Both the position numbers and the translations under genes were made by a program. The notes beneath the pieces were generated by a model. It was not told where the DNA came from, ran no database searches, and saw nothing but the letters and a program-made list of their open reading frames with translations. Shown here piece after piece: positions 48,501-61,499 of a DNA stretch of 64,000 bases; positions within the stretch are counted from its first letter, which is position 1, and every line of letters begins with the position of its first letter. The DNA is from Balanoglossus misakiensis (lineage: Eukaryota; Animalia; Hemichordata). Location of the stretch: the NCBI GenBank assembly GCA_040954595.2, contig CM082594.2:9193612-9257611 (forward strand), read 5' to 3'.

Positions 48501-50908
48501 TTTGTGAGCCTTTTGTGACTCAACTGTCGACCTTTCTTGTTTGTTGGGGCTCCATTGTTAGTATATCCAGTCCCAGTCCACAAAAACTCACGACCTAATA
48601 CCCGCTGAATGCAACCGTTGGAGAGTAAACACGCGAAACCAAACGAAAGTTACCGCCAATGTTTGTTTTTCTCAACTTATCCCATTTAGACGTTACACAT
48701 CAACAATAAAGAACACAAAAAAGTTTGACTCTGGCGGCGATGGGGGACTACTGGTGTGTATTGTACATGTTGTATGTAGATGTATGCGCATGTACATATC
48801 TGAGCGTCGTGACATCATCAGACTTACAAAACAAAATTTCGTCGTTGAAGAGATTAATGCAGTAAACTAGAGTTCTTGAAATGCCGTCACGAACTCTTTA
48901 TAAAATCAGAATATTCCCAGCAGAGTCGCGGACGTCTTGAGACGCGATTCAACATGAGAGGAACTTAATTGCTATCACTGACCAGTCATTGAAACTGTTA
49001 AGTGCCTATTCTGAGCATTTATAGGGTTAATTCCTTCCCGACCCCTTCAAAGTTTTCCAAAGTGACCTCTTCAAATCAGATTATTCAGACTGGCGTCACC
49101 CATTCGCCACAGAACGGGAAGACCACCTGAGCTCAAGTCTGCGGTCTTTTGTTGAAGTATTCTAGATCCAAGTTAATATGACTGCTCAGCCAATTCAAAA
49201 TGCACATTTCTTCTTTAGCTCTGTCGCACTTTCTTGTAGCATAGAGAGTGTCTACGTCATCATGACGTCAATGTATCTTGTTTTTTTCATTATTGAGTGC
49301 CTCATTACTACTACCTACACTTGTATTACAATGTGGCTTCGTACAGTAGCTTGTCCGGATAATTTGTAAGATGTCATGGGCATTTTTTATAAGTTAATTT
49401 CCTGGTACAATCGGTGACAGTGAATAGGGGCGTTGCTGTACTTTGCACGACAGGTGGAACACTGAAGATAACTAGTACTCGATGTCTACTTAAATTTCTT
49501 TACACTTTTATTTTACAAACAATCGTTTTTAGTGAACATATGCCCACAGATATCTAGACATTCGGAGTAAATACGAAACTTTTCAAAACCAAATTATTAC
49601 GCAAAGAAGACGGCGTGTTTGCTGTTTGTATCATGACAAAATTCGTCGAATTCTCGGTGTCCGAGTTGCACACACGAGGCCTGTCCGGACAAGTCTCGGC
49701 GGTTTGGGGGAGGTTGTTTACATATTTGTCTTGCGACAGTAGCACAAGTGAAATGTGACATGAACCAGGCGATATATCTTTTAGAGTAAGTAATTATTAA
49801 ACCTTCCGATTCGTACCACGGACCATGCTATCTGGGGTCCTTCAACTTCTTCATGTTCCTTAACGTTCAGACGCCATTTGCCGCTTTCATTTTTTAAAGT
49901 GCCGCAGTTGTTTATTTGTGAGAACTGTTGCATTTCTAAGCTGCTTATCTGTAAGTCGGTGAGTTCCACAAAATGCCAAGAATGCCAGGAATGGTATCGG
50001 CATTTTCTTTGATTTGGATACGAGGACTTTTGACAGAGGAGCTGGTGATGAAAGACACACAAACGAACGTTCAAAGTTTACACACCTATAGTTGCATCAA
50101 AATTCACTCGCAAACGTCAACGAAATAAAACGGAGACAAGATTACCCATTGTGGAGATCGCTTTCTGTATAATACTTTTCCGCAAAAATTTCCAAGATTT
50201 TTTAGAAGTACACAAATGATGATTGAAATATTACATGACATACGTTATAAATCTAGAATTATAATGAGCGGTGCGCATCAAAGAACCTTTAATTTGAAAA
50301 ATGCTCCTGATTGGTTGATTGAAAAGTGAACAGATGTTCGCAAATTTCCCTTCAGAGCATGCGTCTTTCATTTTATTCGAGAACCTGAGGCACGGTACAT
50401 GTACATCGTTGCGGCGGACTCGGAGTCGCTCTATGTGTTTCCATATGACCGACTGAGTGAGGAAGCTGGTCTCAGCTCATCTCAAGGAAGAATACCAGGG
50501 CACCAAGCTTGCAAGCCATGCACGGAAGGAGTTCCACTGTCTTTTCCTGTCGGTCATGAAACCGTTGAACGTACGTTACAACATGGAGGTACAATGGTTA
50601 CAAGAATTCAATCGCAAGTTTTGAAAGAACTGCAAAATTTATTCGTTGAGGGCGCCACTACGCCAGAGACTGGCCAGAACTGATGCTTTCGCTGAAAATG
50701 ACGTTGTCCACACAGGTGAGACCATTATGCCTTGCATTGCAACCTTTATTTTTAGTTTCATAAATTTTTAGCTTCATATCTACAAAATAGAATGGCACAT
50801 AACATACCGATCAGGCTGGGCATTGGCGATAAGCAATCTGATCCCATTTCATATGTAGTGGTTGCAAACATACTGTCATATTTCTAATACATGTAGATCG
50901 TTTGTGAG

Positions 50909-51893
50909 TTACAATTTTGCCTCAAAAATTGTTTCATTAAAAGTAATCGTGCACTGCACAATTTCCTGGTCGCCTTTCTGGATTGAAAAGTGGATCTTGA
51001 ATGGCCACGTCGTGTCTTCCCATGACGTCACTGTGAGTTCGTCATTGAGTACAGATTCGTTTATATACTGCATAGAAACGTCTCTGATTGGACAGTTCGA
51101 CAGGTGTTTAGAGTATGCTTGCTCACGTGACCCGGCCATAGCGCAGTCAACACAATACATGACGTACACGCTATGTTCGGTATGTTCGTTCAGATCAATA
51201 TCGAAAGGGCCAACAACAACTTTATATTCGTATAAACCCTTCGGTTTTGTTGACAACTCGGGAAGGCCACCGAAAATGGTGGGTCTTGGAGCTTTGGCCA
51301 CGGCTTCATTTTCGTGAATGAGACTCTTTGGTAGGGGGTCCGGGCGTCGGGTGACCAGATTGATGCGCACGAACTGTGCGAGTAGCGTTGCAAGCAATTC
51401 ACCAGTGCCTTCCAATCGAAGCTCATGTCGTATTACATATGATGTAGTGCCGACATGCACGAAGCAGAGGGTATCGACAGTCGGTTGCTGTAGAGTGGAC
51501 AAGGTGTTGAGCGCTGGGTTAATTTGAACACGCTGCGATCGAACGAACACGGTATGGTGTCCCCCGGGGCCCTCGTGACCAGCTATGTAAGGAGGTATTA
51601 TGGACACCCTTGCTTCGAGGAAAGCCGCCAGTAATTCCTGTGGATTCAAAAACCCTGGAAACGCAAAAACAAACAGAACATCTTATTAACAACAAACCAA
51701 CCAGAAAAGTATAAAAATTAGACTAAGGAATTTAAATGATAGGTTTGCATTAAATTACATGCATATATATACATGTTACTACATGCCTAGTATAACTAAA
51801 AAATCTCCCACCTTTTGTATCCAAGTCATAGTGCAAAAGGTTATCGAAGTTGTACCGGAATACTTTGCCCACTGAAGGTGATTTTGCCTCCAT
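50909..51893 (-). CDS. Double-hotdog-fold thioesterase (acyl-ACP/4HBT-like), 275 aa, C-terminal PTS1 (AKL). Exons 51893-51812 and 51654-50909
   Basis: N-terminal domain YDLDTKG|FLNPQELLAAFLEAR (DxDxxGxxN...ExAR pattern), HVGTTSY and FVRINLVTRRPDPLP. Second domain FDIDLNEHTEHSVY, MQYINESVLNDELTV. Phase-1 intron with GT-AG; AATAAA near 50746. Confidence 0.75.
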
Positions 51894-52914
51894 ATCTGTT
51901 AATTATACTGAAAGAGATAAGTCAAAGAAACTAATAATAATTTCCTTGTAGTTGTGCGCCACCACTGGCGGTTTGACTAGGCGAGGAGCAAAGTATCACT
52001 CGTCGGCCATGTCCTACCGCCTGAGGCGCACTTTTCAACGGCGAAGCGACGAGGTGTGGAATCAGGACAGGCGTATACCAGATAATTATGGTAAAGCCTA
52101 AAGGTCGACTAATGCTCAAGAGATCCAACAAATTAGTCTGCTTACATACCACCACACAAAATACAAGTGACACACCACATACACACACACAAAGACATTA
52201 CCGTATTCAGCAGACCCGATCCATAAACCAGGATACCTTTGTAGAATTACTTTCGTTTTCTTGTGACTGGCAGCAGTCCCTCTCGGCGAGCAAGATACAA
52301 ACAATTCACTTCGTTTGTGCGGGCTGTGTACCCGAGATGACTAACCTTTATACTTTGCTCAAACTTTGACCGAACAAAGTTCAAATCGTGATTTGCCCCA
52401 TATCCACCGCTGGCTGCGCTGTGTTACAAGTACATCAAGGACATTCTCTTGGCACCTCCCATGGAATGACCGATTATTGAACGGGAAACACACATCCACC
52501 TCGACCAATATTTGTATAACTTTAAGTAGTCATTTATTTGTATATAAAAATGCAGTTACAGTGATGCTATGCATAGTTCATAATACAAGTAAATTGCAAT
52601 AAAAACATGCCTTATTCTATTTCCACAGATAATCCAATAGACAAAACAAAGACAAATGTGTTTTAGAATTCAATTGAATTTATTTACATACTGTTACTCT
52701 TTAAAAATTACGCTCTCCATTCAGTTGCTAAAAATGTAATGCAAAAAAAACTACTTGAACAAGATCTCAATACTGATAAACTAGTCGGATACAAAGCATT
52801 TGAAAACCTCAGTCGTTATTTACACTAAACATATGGCGCAACCTTTGATCTTGCAGTTTGATGATTGACAGCATGGTGTAGCCAATCAGAATCTCGAATG
52901 AGTGACCTTTGACC

Positions 52915-53949
52915 TTACACAGTCTTGTTGACGCTGACACCCAGAGTAATGATGAACGCAACGACCTGGCCGAAGTAAAAAACCATATCCCACATCTTGG
53001 TTCCAACATTGATCTGTGAAAAAAACAAAGAAATCAACATGTCCTTATCTGTGACACAGCCCCTATTGTATCGACATATTCAGAAAACACTGAAGGAAGT
53101 CATGATGGAATGAAATCATTTTTTTAACCAAGGGAACTGGGGGTGGAAGGGTTAACTCTCATATCATCTTACTTCTTGTTGGACTTGTCTGATTTGCTGT
53201 TGTTCTTCATGTGCACAGTCTAGATCGTTGTAGACCTCTTCTGCAGCTGCATTCAGTGACCTTTGACCTTCCACAACATTATTCAAACAGTTTAGTCTGT
53301 GCTCTGCGCCATCATAGTTGTTAGCACCAGCTATGTTCTGTTAAAAAGAGAAAAAAGAGACATTTAATTCATCTGATCTGCCATAAAATTCTGTCATTTG
53401 AGTGTCGGTTTCATGGAATTTTGAACATATCTGATAGCTCAGTCAAAAAAGAAATTCAATTACCATGCCAATTTCTTCCATTATTCTCTGTATTAGAGGA
53501 GAATCTCTCAGTTTTGGTGTGGTTTCTACTTTATACCTCAAAGCATCAAAGCTACCCTTGGCCTGGTCGAACCCAAGATTGAATTGTTTCCGGACCCCAT
53601 CCACCAGACTATCCATACATTCCTTGGTCTCTTTGCTGGGCTGTCTCAGCGTCCCAGCCAGGCGCACAATGTTACCCAGCTGATCGAGGGACGCCCTAAT
53701 GACGCTTGTGGCACTGGTGAAGTTCTGGTGATGTATCTGGAGGTGATCGTCTCCCCTGGCAACCTCCGCCACCATGATCTCATTCATCTCTGTTTCAACA
53801 TGGTGGATGTCTTCATTCATCAAAGTTACTGTGTTCAACACTGCCTGTATTGACGCAGGGTTGTATATGTCCATGTTGTAGATGTTGACCATGGATCTGA
53901 CACCTTTGGCCATGCTCCTCATGGCAATTCCTGCAGATCCCGTTGCCAT
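52915..53949 (-). CDS. Uncharacterised all-helical, tail-anchored protein, about 249 aa. Exons 53949-53464, 53337-53173, 53013-52915
   Basis: Three phase-0 exons join with canonical splice sites into one ORF. Amphipathic/coiled-coil character, C-terminal hydrophobic segment MWDMVFYFGQVVAFIITLGVSV plus 4 residues, no signal peptide. Probable non-coding exon with donor near 54236. Confidence 0.72.
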
Positions 53950-54601
53950 GGTTGCTCAAATCTGTCAGGTATCTAGGTTGAAGAAACACACAAAACTTGC
54001 TTTACAGCTGTATGTCTTCTAATGGTGAATTTGATCTGGTGGAAGTACGAGAGAGAACATCCATACTACATGTACTAGACCCACCCCTACAGTAATATAC
54101 ATGTACGCAGGGTTCCAGTCCTACAGTGAATTGTACATGTACATGTATCAGGGCTGAGGTACGCCAAATTTCCCCAAATTGCAATAGATCATGATGCCAA
54201 CAGGCGGCACTGCATGTTACCTTCTTAAAACCTTACCTTAGAGAAAGCAGTTTAGTCGCAAAGTTTCGGTATGGCACAATTTCATCTGTTGCAATATTGA
54301 CGACGAATGGCGCACGAAGTAAACATATGGTCATGTGACTGTACTGACCTCATTTGACCCGAGATTGACCCAGCCATGCGCCCTCAGTCGGTGGAAACTT
54401 CAAAACTACTACCAGTATTGTTTGCGTGGTTATTTGTGGCAGGAATACATAGAATTATGCTTTGAGAAAACACACGAAAGCACAAGGCAAATCTGTGGCG
54501 AAAACCGCTTTTATTGACTGATTTTTCAAATTTAATACATGTATAGTCACAAGTGATCAAGAATCGGTAATAAGTGGAACGTGGGTAAGCTTTATACGAA
54601 A

Positions 54602-56907
54602 CTAATTCAGAACCAGTTCGACAGGATAGTGGTCGCTGACGTCATAAGCCTAGAAAAGGAAGAAAGGGTTACTTCAGAGAGTTTTTAAAAAATCGATTTT
54701 CGGTAAAAGTGTAATTGTAAGTACCACTAAATGTAATGGAAATAAATGTAAATTATTTATCAATATCGCTTATTGTCAGAAAAGATTTAATTCAAAATGA
54801 AATCATACCAGTTCGTAGCTGAGCCCGAAATACGTATCGAAGTAAAAGGCTTTGCTAGTTCTGTCTCTGACAGTTCCTGGTAAGTTGGGTCCAGCTACCA
54901 CCAACCTATATTTAAAAACAATGGCGAAAGGTACGGTGTAAAATCAAGGGTCTCTACGACAACGAATAATCTGCCCAGAAAATGACAACTCTTCACTTAC
55001 CTGTCGTACGCACAATCGGTAGAGGACACAGTCGTATCAATGACATCGTCGATCAACCAGGTAAATCGAGACTGGGTTCTGAGTCTAATGTTTGGCCAAT
55101 CACTGCTGCGAACATAGCTGCAGTCTGCGTTCAAGTCCCCGGCAATGAGAACATCCTGAAAATACATAGGTTCACCAATAAGCAAAAATTGTCACTTGGG
55201 TGAATTCGGTTTGGTTGGCCGGGGAGTTGCATTAAACGGTCCCACATAACAGTAATGAAATCTGACAATTCAAACGCTTAAATCTAGTTAGAGTTTTTTG
55301 GTTTCAAATTTTATTTTACTGGAAGCGAACATTGTTATCTTCACCTGTATATTCCACCTGCTGACGATGTCATCATACACGTCGGCGAGGGCGTCGTTCT
55401 CAGCGACTGCGTCATCAGGCTTTGCATGGATAGTGGCGATGACAAAGTCATTCACAACTAAAAGGGGAGGGGGGTCACGAGAACATAGTCAAAAAACATA
55501 TCTTAAACTGTTCGTTGTTTTCACAGACCTGCGGAAAGTTGCGTCAATCACACCAATGCAACAACAAACAATAAGCTCCTCTCCATATATCGTTTATTGA
55601 AGACTGCCACCACTGATATTTTCTTAAAAGCCATACCATTTACTTATTTCTTTTTTTACCTGTATAAGGGGAGGAAAAACGCACCATAAATGGTTCGCGT
55701 TCGAATATGTCTGATACGCCGTCGTCTGGGTAACCGTCGTCATAGTGATAACTGTCAGTCACACTAACCTCCTTGTGACTAGGAACAAAAAAAACCAAAA
55801 ACTTGAGTCATGATGCTTCAATTCGTAGAGGCCCACGAGCTGCAAATTTGACATTATTTTCTCGATTTTACGATTAAAACTAAAATTACATCTCTGTATA
55901 TCAATCTATACTTATGGGTGAATATAAAAATAATAGACCCTTTTCCGAACTCTACGAGACCCTGCGAGATCTCCGCGAGATCTCCGCATCCTTACCGGTA
56001 GAAGAAAGCGTATTGTTCCTTGGAGCTTGTTCGTCCGGCTCTCTCACTTATAATCATGGAGTAAGCGTTGTTGGTGAGACTGGAATTTGAAAAAAAAATG
56101 ATAGTTCAATCAGAAAACAAATAAGACAAAAGAACTGTATGGAGTCGTCAAATACATTGTTATTGTCATGGTATTTTTTATTGGTAACATACGGACAAGA
56201 GGATGTGCTATGGGTTTCACGTTACAGCCTGTAACATATTCAAATACGTATACATGTACCCCATTTTCCTTTTAAAATGATTATAAAGTTTACGCTGTAT
56301 TCTCCTTTTTTCAGATGTTTGTGTTGTATGACTCAACTGGAATTAAATTTGTAATTCATTGGTCCGGATTTAGCTGAAAATGTTGTTGACGTCACCTGTT
56401 GACCTCATCAAAGAGTTGCACGATGGATTCCCCAGATTTATCACGGATTTCTTGAATGATGATGATGTCGTACAAAGCGCATATCTGGGAGAAAAGGTAA
56501 GAATCTTCTATGAGCTTTTTTAGAAGAATCAATAGTATTTAAACAGTAGCAACCATGCAACCATTGCCAAAACACAGTCTGTGAAATGGCATGACGATAT
56601 AGAACTGGGTACAGTTATTCTAACGTATGTCAACAGACATAAACACATTTGGAAAATTTCAGCCAGAATGTTGATTTTTTCCATATGCGCGCACATACCG
56701 ACTGGCCATTTCCACGCATTAGCGATAGGTGCTAAGTATGAGATAATGTTGAATACTTACATCGGTGAGGACCTGTACAACATCTGGTTTTCCCATCTTG
56801 CTCACTCCGAACACTTTGACGTTGAACGCGCCTATTTTCAGTGCCCTAACATCGACCGTCAAGCAGACGATGCCAATGGCCATCAGAAAGAGAGTAAGTC
56901 GCGCCAT
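54602..56907 (-). CDS. DNASE1: Deoxyribonuclease I family, copy A (8 coding exons)
   Basis: Signal peptide, then LKIGAFNVKVFG, IQEIRD, KEQYAFFYR, FEREPF, IHAKP (H134), GDLNADCSYV (D168/N170), DTTVSSTDCAYDR (D212), SDHYPVE (H252). Confidence 0.93.
55932..55987. repeat. Short dispersed element, also present at 61748-61791 (possible MITE end)
   Basis: aatagacccttttccgaac(tcta/ccca)cgagac(c/t)ctg(c/a)gagatctc occurs at both sites. Confidence 0.65.
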
Positions 56908-57480
56908 CTTCAAAGAAGTCACTTTGTTTACGCGCAAGTGTTTGCAAGAATTGACAAGAACCTTCAAAGATCAATAATATTTACCCACTTCATAACTCAT
57001 ACTTATATATATGTTCCTTCCGGACTTAAGATAAAGAACTATAAGACCGGAATGAATATATGAAAGTTGCGTAACATTTTATGATAACACCAGATACAGA
57101 AAATGATAGAAAGGGCAAGGTTGTCCACGTGATCTGAAGACAGTCATGTTATAGATCCACGTGACACCGACATCAGTACCATGCATATGTGTATATTATG
57201 ACGTAAAACATAGGTTTGCTAATCAAATGCGACGCAGTACGGTAAAGTGTTATACCACATTCCCTCTATTACAGTACATTAATACCATATATAGGGCTAC
57301 TGATAAGCGAAAGAAAATAAAACTGACACAAACCACTTAATTTTTTACAACATATTTTATTGGAACCCCTCAACTAGCAACGTAATGTTTGGCTTTAAAT
57401 TCTACAGCTTTATAGCGAGTTTTAAAAGCAATTCCGAGATTATCAATCAAATTGCTAACTATTGAGAAGGACTTGGTTGC

Positions 57481-60120
57481 TTAGTTGATGAGCATTTCTA
57501 CAGGGTAGTGATCGCTGACATCAAGTGCCTGCAAGAGATGAAAGCGGGTGTTAGCTGAAGTGCGCCATTAACGGTAAAATCAAAGGATACTTCTTTTAGG
57601 TCGTGAGAAGAGACGAACTATGCGTATGCAAACATAGACTCTCAAAACAGGAAAAAACAGTTCAAATTAACAAGAAGCAACAGTTTTTAATGAAGTTTAT
57701 AGGAAAGGTCTGTGTGATCCTGAAAAATCTTACCAGTTCATTACTGAGGCCAAAGTAAGAATCGAAGTAGAAGACTGCTGCATTACTGGCTAGCGCACGG
57801 AAGTTGCTTCCAGCAACGGTCAGTCTGCAAAAATGATGAAAATAACGTAAATGAGTTCAGTGTTTACATGGATATGGGGTTATTTAAAGGCCGGTGTTGT
57901 TTTACCATACATTTTCAGGCGAAGGATTAAAATTACTAAGGAGAAATTGCAAATCGGTTTAAGTGCAAGGTTTAATTTGTTTCATCCGAAAGAGGATTAT
58001 ACTGTAATTTAATTTGAAACAAAGATCAACAATTACCTGTCATATGCACAGTCGGTGGTTGAGACGGTGGTGTCAGCTGAGTCTGGAATCAGCCACAGAT
58101 ATTTGGAGTCAGTTCTGTAACGGATGTTGGCCCAGTCGCCAGGTCCGACGTAGCTGCAATCGGCGTTGTAATCCCCAGCAATGAGAATGTCCTGTCAATA
58201 TACAGAGGTGCCAATTGCAACGTTAGGACCGGGACAAAAATAGCAGGGGGGGGGGGGGAGCCTGGGCCTTTTGACCAAAATGACCAAAAGGTTCTAGATC
58301 CATTCATACATCCAAGCTCACACACATATATCTATACAGGAGTCTGTACAAAGTCAGCAACCCTTCCACTTACAAGTACGCCCCAGCGATTTTCGATAGC
58401 AGTATTAACAACCACGAAATGGTCGATTTCGGCGACAGCATCGTCAGGTTTAACGTGGGTGGCGCTTATTACAAAGTCCTTCAGACCTGAAATGAAAACA
58501 TTTGCATTCGTAAGTTATAGTCTAATATGGTCTAGCACTAACTGAAGTAAACATTGAATTATGTTTGAGGTGTAAAAGTGAATTCTAGACGTACATATAT
58601 TGAAATTTACCACAGGCCCTTTAGGAATGTCCCAGGTCGCATATCATGCATGCTAGCTTTGTAATCAAATGCTTGGTAACTGTACTTCACATAACATGTT
58701 TTGGCGTAGTTGATTGTCAACTTACTTGTACTAGGTGATGAAAACCTGACATTGTGGTTTTCACGTTCAAGTACATCGCCTGGATCAGCGTAGGTGAACT
58801 TGTCAATCACGCTAACAACGGAATGTCTATGAAGAGAATAATTTTAAAGCATAGAGTTATTTTACAGTAAAGGCATTTTACTTGCCAAGAGTCGTAAACA
58901 TTACCGATCAGTCTATTCGAGACTAAGGGGTGATGATTTATGTTTAATCAGCGAGAGAATAATAGTGAGGTAAGAGAACTTCGACGGGTGGAGATTTTTA
59001 TGTGGGCCGTCTTTACGACTACAGTGTTCATGTATCAGCAGGGATAAAATTCATGTGACCCCCTTTTAGACAAAAAGGCCAGCTGGCATTTCCATTTTCA
59101 CTCATAAAACAGAAACTCTTGACATGTAGTCTGGACAACCGGATCGCTATAAATGATTACTTGCCTGTAGTAAAAAGCATACTGTTCCTTTGATGACGTT
59201 CGACCTAAACGTGGACTAAGCTCCATACTATAAGCGTTTCCGGATTTCCTGTGAAAATTAACAATATATCGATATCATAAAGTCATTTTTCTTGCAGAAT
59301 TCAACGCGCTCTCGGCACTGACGACGCACTAGAAACTTAAAGTTTTCGTCGTCGATACAATCATAATCCCCACTATTTCCTAGATATTTCCAATTTGATA
59401 AATCCCACTTTTCAGAATCCATCCTTTTTGTACTGAATCGATCATGATTATGTACTTACGCATTGATTTCGTTCAGAAGATCATAAGGAGTGCTTTCACT
59501 GATGTCTCTGATTTCTTGGATCACGATAATATCATAAAGCACACAAGTCTGAAAAAGTTCAATTTGTTGATGTTATTTTCAGCTTTGTTATTCTTCCTGT
59601 TGTTTACATCATGATTTCAGAATGCCATGCATTTTAGTATCTCACTTTTTGTTCAAGAAAAACTTTTTAAAACATTTCTGTGGACAATGTTTCACAATAC
59701 TTGGTACGTTTAAACCCCCTTTGCCATTAAAGCCTTCTGAAAATATCGTCCATTATGATAGAATCAAAGTATCGATGATTGTCAGACCTGGAACCTGTGA
59801 CCGCGCCCAGCAACAGGTTGCTAAGGGTTAGCTGATATCGCACACTTCAATATAAATACATGTATCCCCGTTTACACCATACTGTTCAGAACACGTGAGG
59901 TGCTGTTCGCGAATCGATATATTATAGTAAAATTGACCACTAGAAGAATTTGTAATAAGATATATAGAAAGAAACCCACGTCAACGAGGACTTGCACCAC
60001 TTCCGGTTTTCCCATCTTCGTTTGCCCTAAAACTTGCACGTTCCATGCTGCAATTTTGATGGCGGCGTCAGCTGCATATACCGTTAGCGACAGAAAGGCG
60101 ATCAGGGCAAAGATTCTCAT
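57481..60120 (-). CDS. DNASE1: Deoxyribonuclease I family, copy B (8 coding exons)
   Basis: IKIAAWNVQVLG, IQEIRD, KEQYAFYYR, LERENHNVRF, THVKP, GDYNADCSYV, DTTVSTTDCAYDR, SDHYPVEMLIN*. Confidence 0.92.
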
Positions 60121-61342
60121 GGTGACGATGGGATAAGTTGCTTCGACGCGATTCAGGGTTCAGCTAAGAGAAGTTAAAGTTGAGTCGGTGTTCCTGTGTC
60201 TTATATCCAAAGGAGGAAGCATCATATGTACCAACTCACACGGGCAATTAATGTTTATCAGTCGGCAAAGTCATATATGTGTCAGATAGAAAATGTAGTT
60301 GACGTAGTCGAAGTTTCGCCAATTGAATTTGGGGATATGGGCTGGTATAATGTATACTTAATTAATCGTATGATTTTGACCGCAAAGAAAAAAGCATTTC
60401 ATTCCATTATCAAGTTCATCTTCAGTGACACTCCTACTTTGTAAATTGCAAGGTCCGATGATCGTTTTAAAATTAAAACGATGATAAATGCGCCCAACAG
60501 ACCCCTTCCTTGCAACATCGACATGATTTTAACTTAATTTAAAAAATCGATAAAATGCATGGTTATCACATTCCATAGCTTTACATGTAGAATTTTGAGA
60601 AAACAGTGTTACAATATTGTCATTTTGAAATTTTCACAAAACTTGCCAAAAGAGGAGTATGACAAGTTAAATGATATAAAGAAAACACTATGTCACTGTG
60701 CTTGAGTTTTTGATAGAGCTGTTCAGATATTTTCACCATAGGAAAACTATAGCATTCGGAGTGCGAGAAAAGGGCTGACTCAGCATTTTCCATAATATTG
60801 GAGACCCCTTAGCTGAAAAATTAGTATGGGGACACCCTAGTTTCTCTTTATTTTAGTATTTAAATCTCATTGATATACAATATATACTAAAACAGGAAAG
60901 GGGCAATATTCTAACTGTTGAGCAAAGCGGGAGTGCTGTTTGAATTCAGAATTGGCCTTTCTCTTGCGTTTCTATCGGCCAGATTAAAAATTTATAGTTT
61001 TATGAGTTGTCGGTATCACTCGGCAATATCCCCAAAAGTCGGACATCTATCATGGCGGCGAGATACAAAGCTGGCGACAGATTCACATTCACACACAAAA
61101 ACGAATAGAGTGACTTGTGTCAAGATCGGTTTTTATTCGATTCATATTCCGTTTACAATGCGATGCAATTAAATGCAATGCAATGGAATGTACATGTGAG
61201 AAAATGTAAATGAAATTGAAGATATTTCAAGATATTTCCTTCCTGCTTTAATTACATCTCAATTCATCGTAACGTCAGTGCTAACTGCAATTTGAAGCCT
61301 ATCTTAAAGCCTGCCAATTATTGACTTGATAACGGGGACTGG

Positions 61343-61410
61343 TTAGTTGATAACCATTTCCACTGGATAGTGATCGCTGACATCAAGAGCCTGCAACAAC
61401 AACAAAAAAA

Positions 61411-61499
<89 letters not shown>

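Noticed and set aside
50399-50716. 94-aa plus-strand ORF followed by a splice-donor-like site
   Set aside because: No recognisable motif and no downstream exon; it runs into the 3' end of the convergent thioesterase gene.
50909-53949. Idea that genes next to achatin encode its peptide L/D-isomerase
   Set aside because: Neither the thioesterase nor the tail-anchored protein has a signal peptide or luminal catalytic domain, so neither would meet the peptide in the secretory pathway.
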